From the NCBI GenBank assembly GCA_003224235.1, contig QHYU01000205.1, positions 1 to 13,285 of the forward strand: a stretch of 13,285 nucleotides of DNA, given 5' to 3'. The translations under genes and the position numbers were made by a program. The notes beneath the pieces are model-generated. The model was not told the origin of the DNA. It was given only the letters and a program-made list of their open reading frames with translations, and did not search any database. Of this stretch, positions 1-7,542 are shown in pieces. Origin of the DNA: Acidobacteriota bacterium. Lineage in GTDB: Bacteria > Acidobacteriota > Terriglobia > Acidiferrales > UBA7541. The first letter of the stretch is position 1. Every line of letters starts with the position of its first letter.

Positions 1-384
1 AACTTTGTGCAAACGATGCTTCGCCTCGCGCAGGAAGGAAACCTGATTCGCGTGGTTTCTGACCAAGTCAGCACACCGACGAGCACCCGTGACCTTGCCG
101 AGAAACTCTCGGCACTCATCCGCACTGAAAACTACGGGCTCTACCACATGACGAACCTCGGCGAATGCTCCTGGTACGAATTCGCGCGCGAAATTTTCCG
201 TCAAACGCGCATTTCGCCTCATCTTAGCCCAACCACCAGCGAAACCTTCGGGGCAAAAGCGCCCCGTCCACCATATTCCGTCCTCGACAATGCCGCACTC
301 CGCAAGGCGGGATTTCCCGATTTCCGGCCCTGGCAAGAAGCCCTGGCGGAATACTTGCACGAACACCAGAAGCAGAATTTGTGA
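1..384 (+). CDS. rmlD: dTDP-4-dehydrorhamnose reductase, C-terminal part (5' end outside window)
   Basis: The frame is open from nt 1, and the ORF track's GTG at 7 is internal. The translation (NLIRVVSDQVSTPTSTRDLAE...YGLYHMTNLGECSWYEFAREIF...PYSVLDNAALRKAGF) matches the conserved C-terminal half of RmlD/RfbD. Stop codon at 382-384. Confidence 0.85.
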   Translation, partial: NFVQTMLRLAQEGNLIRVVSDQVSTPTSTRDLAEKLSALIRTENYGLYHMTNLGECSWYEFAREIFRQTRISPHLSPTTSETFGAKAPRPPYSVLDNAALRKAGFPDFRPWQEALAEYLHEHQKQNL

Positions 385-405
385 TGCGAACTTCTTCCTT
401 CCCGG

Positions 406-1449
406 TCAGCGCGCTCCTCTGAGAACGCTCTTTGGAGTTTTTGAGCGCGTTGAGTAGCCGCCATGGTCGTCTTCACGGTGCTGTTTGGATAGGGCTCGTT
501 TCAGCCACGCTGTATTTGTCTTGTACCAATCGATCGTTCTTCGTATACCTTCTTCAAAAGTCACCCGGGGTTCCCAGCCAAACGCCAGCCCGCTCTTCGT
601 GCTGTCGATCGCGTACCGCCGGTCGTGTCCGCGGCGGTCTTCCACGGACCGGATCAATGAACTTGGCTTTCCGAGTAGCTCCAGAATCCTTTCCGCTGCT
701 CTCCGATTAGGCATTTGCCGTCCCGAGGAAGCATTGTAGATTTCGCCGGGCTTGCCGCGCTCCAGCACAAGTTCGATCAGCAGGCAGTAATCTTCAACGT
801 AGAGCCAGTCGCGTTCGTGCAACCCGTCTCCATACACAGGGAGTGGTTTATCCTCGAGGGCGTTAGCGATCATCAAGGGGATGAACTTTTCGGGGAATTG
901 GTAGGGGCCATAATTGTTCGTACAGCGCAGGACGATGGCAGGGAAGCCGTATGTGTTGACGTAGGAACGTACGAGCAGATCGGCAGCTGCCTTGCTCGCC
1001 GCATAGGGGCTGCCGGGATTGAGGGGAGCGTCTTCTCGGAAATTTTGCGCGGGCGCGGCGCTTCCGTACACCTCATCGGTGCTGATTTGGATAAAAAGAG
1101 GCACACGGTGCTCACGCGCAGATTCCAGCAGCAGATGGGTCCCTACGATGTTCGTGGTGACAAAGCGGGACGCGTCTTCAATGCTCCGATCCACGTGGGT
1201 TTCCGCGGCGAAGTTGACAACCGCATCGAAGCCCGCGGCCAACACTTCCTGCACGGCCCGGGCATCGCCAATATCGGCCTGGATAAACCTGTAGCCGGGA
1301 TGGCCAACCACATCAGCGAGGTTTTCCAGATTACCCGCGTAGGTCAGCTTATCGAGGTTAACCACTTCCGTTCCCTTGCGGTGCGCAAGGATGGAGCGAA
1401 TGAAATTCGATCCGATGAATCCTGCACCGCCCGTCACCAGCAGCCTCAC
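406..1449 (-). CDS. rmlB: dTDP-glucose 4,6-dehydratase
   Basis: 347 aa. N-terminal Rossmann motif MRLLVTGGAGFIGSNF and the catalytic region ISTDEVYGS...PYAASKAAAD (Y-x3-K) are present, with full-length similarity to RfbB/RmlB. GTG start, with GAGGGAG SD-like sequence 5 nt upstream on the minus strand. Converges on rmlD with a 21-bp gap. Confidence 0.93.
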   Translation of the reverse strand: MRLLVTGGAGFIGSNFIRSILAHRKGTEVVNLDKLTYAGNLENLADVVGHPGYRFIQADIGDARAVQEVLAAGFDAVVNFAAETHVDRSIEDASRFVTTNIVGTHLLLESAREHRVPLFIQISTDEVYGSAAPAQNFREDAPLNPGSPYAASKAAADLLVRSYVNTYGFPAIVLRCTNNYGPYQFPEKFIPLMIANALEDKPLPVYGDGLHERDWLYVEDYCLLIELVLERGKPGEIYNASSGRQMPNRRAAERILELLGKPSSLIRSVEDRRGHDRRYAIDSTKSGLAFGWEPRVTFEEGIRRTIDWYKTNTAWLKRALSKQHREDDHGGYSTRSKTPKSVLRGAR

Positions 1450-1612
1450 ATCTACTCCCTCTTACCCCAGTGGCGCATCTCTAACGTGTGACTTTTTCGT
1501 TGCACCCGCGGGAATTCAAGATACGACTACACAATCTTGATCTGCGGCTGATGGTGAATCCCCGGGCCGGGTGGTCGAGAGAGGAGCTTGCACCGCCGGG
1601 GGAGTTGGGGAT

Positions 1613-2413
1613 TCATCCTTGCCCCTTTTGCCGCGCCGGCAGCTCTTTCACTCGACCCCCTGGGGCAGTTGTTCCCAATGATTTTTCTACTCTGGTCCCT
1701 GCCACCAGATTCGTCGCCTGGCGAAGCGACTGAAAGGTCCCGGCATCGGTCCACCAACCTTCGAGGATGCTGGACGTGAGCGCTCCCTCCTCGAGATACA
1801 TGTTGTTGACGTCGGTGATTTCCAGTTCTCCGCGCAAACTCGGTCGCAACCGCCGCGTCTTTTCAAAGACCGTAGCGTCGTAAAAGTAGATCCCGGTTAC
1901 CGCATAGCGTGACTTGGGGATCTTCGGCTTTTCCTCGATGCGTACGACGCGGCCTTCCACGATTTCGGGACAGCCAAAGCGCTCAGGATCGGGCACCTCT
2001 TTCAGAATGATGTGCGCGCCCTGCTCTTGCTGCTCAAATTGTTCCTTCGCCGCCAGGATGTTCCCCTCGATGATGTTATCGCCAAGAATCACACAAACCT
2101 TTTTCCCCTGCGCGAAATGCTCGGCTAGCCGAAGCGCATGTGCGATGCCTCCCTCGCCCTCCTGATAAGTGTAGTTAAGATGCGCCAGTCCAAAGTCTTT
2201 CCCATCCGAGAGCAGCCGGAGGAACTCCCCGGCATGCTGCCCTCCGGTCACGATCAGGATGTCGCGAATGCCGGCGTTTACAAGGGTCTGGATGGGATAG
2301 AAAATCATGGGACGGTCGTACACCGGCAGCAAGTGCTTGTTCGTTACGCGGGTGAGTGGGAGCATCCGCGAGCCCGTACCCCCCGCTAGCACAATTCCCT
2401 TTGTCTGTTCCAT
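1613..2413 (-). CDS. rmlA: glucose-1-phosphate thymidylyltransferase (short-form RmlA)
   Basis: 266 aa. KGIVLAGGTGSRMLPLT (G-x-G-T-R pyrophosphorylase motif), LLPVYDRPMIFYP, ILGDNII, EEKPKIPKSRYAVTGIYFYD, RGELEITDVN and WTDAGT align block by block with E. coli RmlA. ATG start. Same strand as and immediately upstream of rmlB (163-bp gap). Confidence 0.9.
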   Translation of the reverse strand: MEQTKGIVLAGGTGSRMLPLTRVTNKHLLPVYDRPMIFYPIQTLVNAGIRDILIVTGGQHAGEFLRLLSDGKDFGLAHLNYTYQEGEGGIAHALRLAEHFAQGKKVCVILGDNIIEGNILAAKEQFEQQEQGAHIILKEVPDPERFGCPEIVEGRVVRIEEKPKIPKSRYAVTGIYFYDATVFEKTRRLRPSLRGELEITDVNNMYLEEGALTSSILEGWWTDAGTFQSLRQATNLVAGTRVEKSLGTTAPGGRVKELPARQKGQG

Positions 2414-2617
2414 GCTGCCCTATCGGGATGTTGAGAAAACAGCGACTCGTCATTTCTTCCGCAGCCTGCTATCGGTCAACGGCTGACGAGTGCTTGCTTT
2501 CTTTGCAGTCTCCGAAGTCTAGCGACACACTTTCTGGATGTAAAGGTGAAAGCTATGCATTTTTCCAGTAAGAGCACCCCAAGGATTCAAGTGAGGCACC
2601 AGAACCCTCGATTCGCC

Positions 2618-4102
2618 TCAGTTCTGTCGCGGTACCGCTTCCATCAGAAGCCTGAGTGCCTTCTTGAAACCGGTCGAGCCCGCCATACTGCCCTTGAAAT
2701 GTCCAAGGCGCACGACGACCAGCTCGTGGGACGGGATGATCAGCGTGGTCTGGCCACCGGCCCCAGCCATGTAGTATGCCTCCTTGGGAACCGGAAACGT
2801 GCCGTCGCCGTTTATCCAGAAGAAGCCGCCGTAAATGGGACGCTTGTCGGCTTCCCAGGCCGGCGCCACCTTGCTCACGAACTTGACGTACCCCTCGGGC
2901 AGTATCCGCTGGCTGTTCCACACGCCGTCCTGCAGATAGAGGTTGCCGAGACGCGCCCAGTCGCGTGCCGACATGAGATCGTATCCCTGAGTCAGAAAGT
3001 TGCCGAATGGGTCCGTCTCAATGACCATCGTCCGGATGCCAATCTTGTCGAACAGCGCGCGCTGCGGGAACGAGAGGTATTCCTCGCCGCGCTTCTCGAC
3101 CGCCAGACGAATGAGGTAATTGACCAGCACCGGATCGCTATTGTGGTAGCGCCCTACCGTTCCAGGCGGCCACTGCAGCGGCCGCGTGGCTGCGTACTGG
3201 AACGAATTGACGGTGCCCGTGTACAAGTATAGATGATCGGGGTAAGGGCCCGAGGGATCGTAGTCCGGATCCTGGGGCGCTTTGATCCGCAATCCGCTCG
3301 ACATGTTCAGAAGGTCGGCGATGCGGATCTTCGTCCGTGGATCGCCCGCAGCTTGCCACTCGGGAATGGGCGCCGGCTGCGACAGCTGATAGGCACCCTG
3401 GTTGATGAGGATACCCATGAGCGTTGCCGTCACGCTCTTGCCCATCGACCAGCTCTCGAGTGCCGTGTGTGGTGTGATGCCTTCGCCGAACCGCTCGCCG
3501 ATGATCCGTCCTCTCCACGTCACCACAAAGGCGGCGGTCATCTCTGCCGCGGGCTCGAACGCCGCATCCACCGCCTGCTTCACCTTCGCCGCGTCGACCT
3601 CTTTTGAGAGCGGGCCCTTCGGCAGTACATCGCCCATCGGCCACGGCAGTGTCGAAGCATCGGGAAGCTTGCTCTTCACTTCGATCGGTGTGAAATTCAC
3701 CGAGTTCTTCCCCACCGGAAGCGTCACACACCCTTGGCTGCCCAGGTACTTGGCCGTGAGCGTTACGCCATTCGGGAGCGTGACGTGCACGGCCTTGGCC
3801 GCGCGATCGATCACGGGTTTCCCGACCTTCGCGCGCTCCGCATAGGGGCTCGTGAAATAGCCCACATTCTCAGCCGCGAACTCAGGGTTGAGACCAGTGA
3901 TGAACACGGCCGAACACATGATCTTCGCAAAGCCGGACGTGTGGTGCTCGAGGGCGTCACCAGGAGGTGGCACGTAGGGCGTGTTGAGTTCGAGCGATTT
4001 GGCGCGAGCAATGAGGGCGGCCCTTGCAGAGAGCGGCTCTTGCGACCTTATAGCGGTAGCCGCAAGCGCCAAAATAGCCAGAGCAAGGAAGAGTCTCTTC
4101 AT
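2618..4102 (-). CDS. secreted serine hydrolase, beta-lactamase/transpeptidase-like family
   Basis: 494 aa. N-terminal signal peptide MKRLFLALAILALAATAIRSQEP. S-x-x-K active-site motif (ESWSMGKSVT). Size and composition are typical of PF00144-type esterases and class C beta-lactamase-like proteins. ATG start, with GGAGAAGG SD 6-7 nt upstream. Confidence 0.75.
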   Translation of the reverse strand: MKRLFLALAILALAATAIRSQEPLSARAALIARAKSLELNTPYVPPPGDALEHHTSGFAKIMCSAVFITGLNPEFAAENVGYFTSPYAERAKVGKPVIDRAAKAVHVTLPNGVTLTAKYLGSQGCVTLPVGKNSVNFTPIEVKSKLPDASTLPWPMGDVLPKGPLSKEVDAAKVKQAVDAAFEPAAEMTAAFVVTWRGRIIGERFGEGITPHTALESWSMGKSVTATLMGILINQGAYQLSQPAPIPEWQAAGDPRTKIRIADLLNMSSGLRIKAPQDPDYDPSGPYPDHLYLYTGTVNSFQYAATRPLQWPPGTVGRYHNSDPVLVNYLIRLAVEKRGEEYLSFPQRALFDKIGIRTMVIETDPFGNFLTQGYDLMSARDWARLGNLYLQDGVWNSQRILPEGYVKFVSKVAPAWEADKRPIYGGFFWINGDGTFPVPKEAYYMAGAGGQTTLIIPSHELVVVRLGHFKGSMAGSTGFKKALRLLMEAVPRQN

Positions 4103-4344
4103 GTCTACCTTCTCCGACGGTTGAGTATAGGCGAATGGTTACCGGCGAACAATCGGGGGGCAAACGGCAATGGATTGTGTGTCAGTGCAGTGACTGGCTA
4201 AATGCAATTCTTGGCAAAAAAGGGTCAGCGCCACACTGTAAGTACTCGATCTTGTGAAGGGGTTCTGCACTTGCTTCTCGATCCTGGAGGGAAGTCGGCT
4301 TCCAGGGGAGCGAGCTGCTCAGCTCTCCTATCATGGTTCAGCGT

Positions 4345-4360
4345 TACCACATTTGTGGTA
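4345..4360. promoter_or_regulatory. candidate operator: inverted repeat TACCACA-TT-TGTGGTA, 13-28 bp upstream of the wHTH-nucleotidyltransferase start codon
   Basis: The 7-bp arms are perfectly complementary and read directly from the sequence. The site lies in the divergent promoter region between the hydrolase and the HTH-nucleotidyltransferase gene. Its function is inferred. Confidence 0.3.
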
Positions 4361-4372
4361 GACTTGTACCGT

Positions 4373-4927
4373 ATGCTTGACCTGCGTTCTAAGGCCCGCC
4401 AGCGGCTTTTGGCCTATTACTTCACGAATCCAGCAGCCCGGCACCATCTGAGGGACCTCGCGCAGCGGCTGAGCATTGACCCGTCCAACCTGTCAAAAGA
4501 GCTGCAGCGCCTGGAGCGAGAAGGACTGTTTCAGTCCGAAGTAAGTGGTCGTCAGAAATATTTTCGGCTCAACCACGAGTATCCCCTGTTCGATGAAATG
4601 CGCGGAATCGTCGGGAAAACCATTGGGGCTATGCCGCTGATTGCACAATCCCTCAAAAAAATCGCAGGAATAGAAGAGGCATATCTGTATGGTTCGTTCG
4701 CGCGAAACCAGCAGGACGCCGCGAGCGACATTGATGTCCTCGTGATCGGCAACCCGAAAGGCGACACCCTGGCGGACGCAATGCAGAAACTGGAACGCCG
4801 GCTCGGACGAGAGATCAATTACACGGTCCTCAGTCGGAAGGAATTTGACTCACGACGTGCTCACAAGGGTGCCTTCCTCGAAAACGTCTGGCGCAATAAG
4901 CGGGTCCCGCTTGTCGGTGCCGAGTGA
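4373..4927 (+). CDS. winged-helix (ArsR-like HTH) fused to a minimal nucleotidyltransferase (MNT) domain; putative antitoxin-like component
   Basis: Minimal-NTase motif LYGSFARNQQDAASDIDVLVIG (GS-x9-13-D-x-D). The N-terminal part (LAYYFTNPAARHHLRDLAQRLSIDPSNLSKELQRLEREGL) looks like a wHTH. Start taken as the ATG at 4373. The ORF track's upstream extension from 4202 looks non-coding, though a GTG at 4355 cannot be excluded. The stop overlaps the next gene's GTG (GTGA). Confidence 0.72.
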   Translation: MLDLRSKARQRLLAYYFTNPAARHHLRDLAQRLSIDPSNLSKELQRLEREGLFQSEVSGRQKYFRLNHEYPLFDEMRGIVGKTIGAMPLIAQSLKKIAGIEEAYLYGSFARNQQDAASDIDVLVIGNPKGDTLADAMQKLERRLGREINYTVLSRKEFDSRRAHKGAFLENVWRNKRVPLVGAE

Positions 4928-5337
4928 AGAAACTCAAGCCGCATAGGGTAGACTGGGCGCAGATTGAACGGTTCTTGCAAAGCGCCGAGAGAAAGCTGGC
5001 CTCAGCTTATAAAATCCTCGCTTTTGACTAGGAGGCTTGCCTCCAACAAGCCTACGAAGCGATGCTCAAGGTCTCCTTGGGATTCATGTTCAGCCACGGC
5101 TTCCGCGCCAGGAGCCAGCCTGGACATCACATCGCAATTATCGAATTCGTGCGGGCGCGCATCCACAAGAAGCACGCCGGTCTAATCACGGTGTTCGACC
5201 GCCTTCGACGAAAGAGGAACTTGGCTCTCTATGACGATACCGGGTTCGTCTCGCATCATGACGCCGAGCAAGCCCTCGAAACTGCCCGCAACTACTTGGG
5301 TGTCATCCGTACTGACATTGCTATGCAAAAACCCTGA
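4924..5337 (+). pseudogene. HEPN-domain protein interrupted by an in-frame TAG at 5029-5031; candidate toxin partner of the upstream MNT
   Basis: A single frame reads VKKLKPHRVDWAQIERFLQSAERKLASAYKILAFD*EACLQQAYEAMLKVSLGFMFSHGF...FDRLRRKRNLALYDDTGFVSHHDAEQALETARNYL. A HEPN-like alpha-helical pattern and the R-x-x-RN motif appear on both sides of the stop. Only the distal 91-aa ORF (5062-5337) is uninterrupted. Confidence 0.55.
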
Positions 5338-5567
5338 TGTCTATATAAGAATGTTTCTTACGTGGAGTGCCTAGCACGTGAGCGATGCCGGTTCAGCGGC
5401 TCAAGTGGCAACGTTCACATTCCCCGCCGAGGGCAATCTCCGAGGGAACAACAAGGGAGCAAACTCTTGGGTCTCTGATTTGCCGGAACAGTGGAAAACA
5501 ACGGAGGCGCTGCGCCTCAGCTTCGGAGATGCTAGATTCTCCGTCGAGGCGCCCGGTCGGAGCGAGA

Positions 5568-7091
5568 CTATTTCGTCGGCTGCGGTGGTTTCTCCGGTAC
5601 CGTGGGCGACATGGGCATCGCGGGCAGCGCAGCACTTGCGGATGGCGCTGCAGATTCGGGAGAAGCTACAGGCGCTGATTGCGCAGCCTTCCCTGAGCCA
5701 CCGCCGTTGAGGAAGCGCATCGCCGTCGCGGCGAGGCCATCGAGCGCGCTCGAGCCGCTGCCGCCGGTCACCAGGATGTCGGGCACAAACTTGGCCCGCC
5801 CTTCCGACAGCGCGGCGATGACATTGACCAGCGCCGTGGCGTTGGGTCCAAGGGCATCCACCTGGGCCTGGAATCCTTTTGCGCGTGCCAGCCCGATGGC
5901 CTCGACCTCCGCGCCTTTCGCCGTGCCGGTCTCGCGAATGTAGGCGGCTTCGCCCGTGGCCTCGGCCACGCGCGCGTCGGCGTTGTTCTTCTTGATGGCG
6001 ACACCCACCTTGGAGCGCGCTAGGTCGCTTTGCATGTCGGCGGTGCCTTTGGCTTGCTCCATTTCGATGCGTTCGTCCTGGGCGGCGCGCTGCTTCTTGA
6101 AAGTTTCGATTTCCTGGTTCGCGATCTCGCGGTGGGTCAGCACAGTGACGAGGTCTTCCGGCAGGATGACGTCCTGGATGTACACACCCTTGGTCTCCAC
6201 CTGGTATTGCTCGAGCTGGTCGCGGATGTGCCGGAAGGCCTCCTCCTGAACCTGCCGGCGGGTCTCGATGAAACGGATGGCTGGCATGCCCTGCAGGCTG
6301 TCGCGGAAGTGATTGCCGACGGCCGCCTGCAGGACTTCGTTGACCAGATTTCGCATTGTGCCCACCATGGAGATCTCCGGCTCGTAGCAGCGCGGATTGA
6401 GCGGATACTTACCGGTGCGCAGCGGCTCCTGCCAGATGCCGCGGTGGCCGGGCCGCACCAGCGAGCCGTACTTGAACTCAGCGCCCGACGTGTCCTGCGT
6501 GGCCAGGCCCACGTAAGCCTTGATCACCGCTACCTGGCCCTGTTTGACCAAGAGCATGGGCACCAGCTCGACGCCTACCAGAAACGGATTGAGCGCAAAG
6601 GCGCCGTAGAGCAGGGGGTCGTGCTGCAGCCCGATGCGCCCGCCGTTGTCGAGGAAGGCCTGGTAGTCCTGAAAGTTGTTGTGCAGCTCATTCTTGCTTC
6701 CCAGCAACCTTTCGATGATCTCGGCGTCATTGGCGCCTGCGCGCTCGAGCTTATCCACATCGTCGAAGCCACCCAGGCGGTTGGCGATATCTCCGGAGGG
6801 CAGCGGGTCCCCTTCGTAGGTGGTGACGATGCCAACCATGTCCACCGTGCTGCCATCTTTGCCGCGGGGCTGCGGCATGATACGCACCAGTTCCAACTGT
6901 TCCGGCTGGAGTCCGACGGATGTGGGGGTGAGGCTGCCATCCTTGCCGATCTTGCTGCGCAACTCGGACGAGACGGGCAGGCCGTAGACTTGGCTGCGCG
7001 TAATCACCAGGAAGCCGACGGGATGGATGGGCACGAGCGTGCCCGGCGGCAGCACCGGCCGCTGTACACCCTTCTGCCCGCCCCGGGTCAC
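5568..7091 (-). CDS. SPFH/band-7 (flotillin-like) domain protein, apparently lacking an N-terminal transmembrane anchor
   Basis: 507 aa. SPFH core (VAVIKAYVGLATQD...). Long coiled-coil region rich in A/E/K/Q (EIETFKKQRAAQDERIEMEQAKGTADMQ...). Low-complexity Ala/Pro/Ser C-terminal tail, typical of flotillin/YqiK-like proteins. GTG start. In-frame coding-like sequence continues 90 nt further upstream to a TGA at 7182-7184 with no start codon. Confidence 0.78.
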   Translation of the reverse strand: MTRGGQKGVQRPVLPPGTLVPIHPVGFLVITRSQVYGLPVSSELRSKIGKDGSLTPTSVGLQPEQLELVRIMPQPRGKDGSTVDMVGIVTTYEGDPLPSGDIANRLGGFDDVDKLERAGANDAEIIERLLGSKNELHNNFQDYQAFLDNGGRIGLQHDPLLYGAFALNPFLVGVELVPMLLVKQGQVAVIKAYVGLATQDTSGAEFKYGSLVRPGHRGIWQEPLRTGKYPLNPRCYEPEISMVGTMRNLVNEVLQAAVGNHFRDSLQGMPAIRFIETRRQVQEEAFRHIRDQLEQYQVETKGVYIQDVILPEDLVTVLTHREIANQEIETFKKQRAAQDERIEMEQAKGTADMQSDLARSKVGVAIKKNNADARVAEATGEAAYIRETGTAKGAEVEAIGLARAKGFQAQVDALGPNATALVNVIAALSEGRAKFVPDILVTGGSGSSALDGLAATAMRFLNGGGSGKAAQSAPVASPESAAPSASAALPAMPMSPTVPEKPPQPTK

Positions 7092-7542
7092 AAAGTTTCT
7101 CAGGTCGGCGAAGTTGCCGAACTCCTTGTGAAAGACCGCGGACTTGGCGCCGATGGGCAGCGGCTGGCGGAAAAGCTTCCGTCAATCGGGGACACTGAGT
7201 CTTCCCTTCGTCTAGGAGCGCAACTGTGGTCTCGCATGTCGGCGCTTTACGTTCCTCGTTGATCAGCAGGTCTGATCTGTCGGTTGAGACAAAGCCGAAA
7301 AGGCGGGCAGAATGGAGTCTGTCAGAGAGTCGGCTCAAAGGGGGGAGCTTAGGCAGGCTGCGGCGACAAGCGGTCTCTGGCTCACTTGTCACTTTCTTGC
7401 TTTCCTAGGTCAACGGAGCTACTTGCGCATACTTCAGGTCGGGCCGGAGCCGTAAGACGGAAATCCCACGTAAAGCATCATGGTGTATCTTGTTCGGGCA
7501 AGAGAAAGGGTAGCCGAAGAGGAGAGCAGAGTGTTTCATTCC

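Noticed and set aside
715-1491. 258-aa + strand ORF antisense to rmlB
   Set aside because: It is a shadow ORF in high-GC DNA. The opposite strand encodes a full-length, well-conserved RmlB, and this translation has no recognisable motifs.
2546-3731. ORFs 2546-3232 (+), 3138-3731 (-), 3233-3607 (+) and 3402-3845 (+) inside the serine-hydrolase gene
   Set aside because: All are alternative-frame or antisense ORFs over a gene with a clear signal peptide and SxxK motif. Their compositions (R/H/G-rich) are non-protein-like.
5378-5710. 110-aa + strand ORF (GTG start) in the convergent gap between the HEPN gene and the flotillin gene
   Set aside because: The first 60 or so residues look mildly protein-like. 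However, the last 140 nt overlap the flotillin C-terminus antisense, there is no SD, and the sister frame 5385-5678 is Arg-rich junk. It is most likely spurious, though a short sORF ending before 5568 cannot be strictly excluded without homology or ribosome-profiling data.
6030-7262. 410-aa + strand ORF, and 6751-7392 minus-strand 213-aa ORF
   Set aside because: Both overlap the SPFH/flotillin gene in other frames. They are Arg/Ala/Gly-rich and low-complexity, typical of GC-rich shadow ORFs. The 6751-7392 frame was examined specifically as a possible frameshifted N-terminus of the flotillin and showed no TM or SPFH-like sequence.
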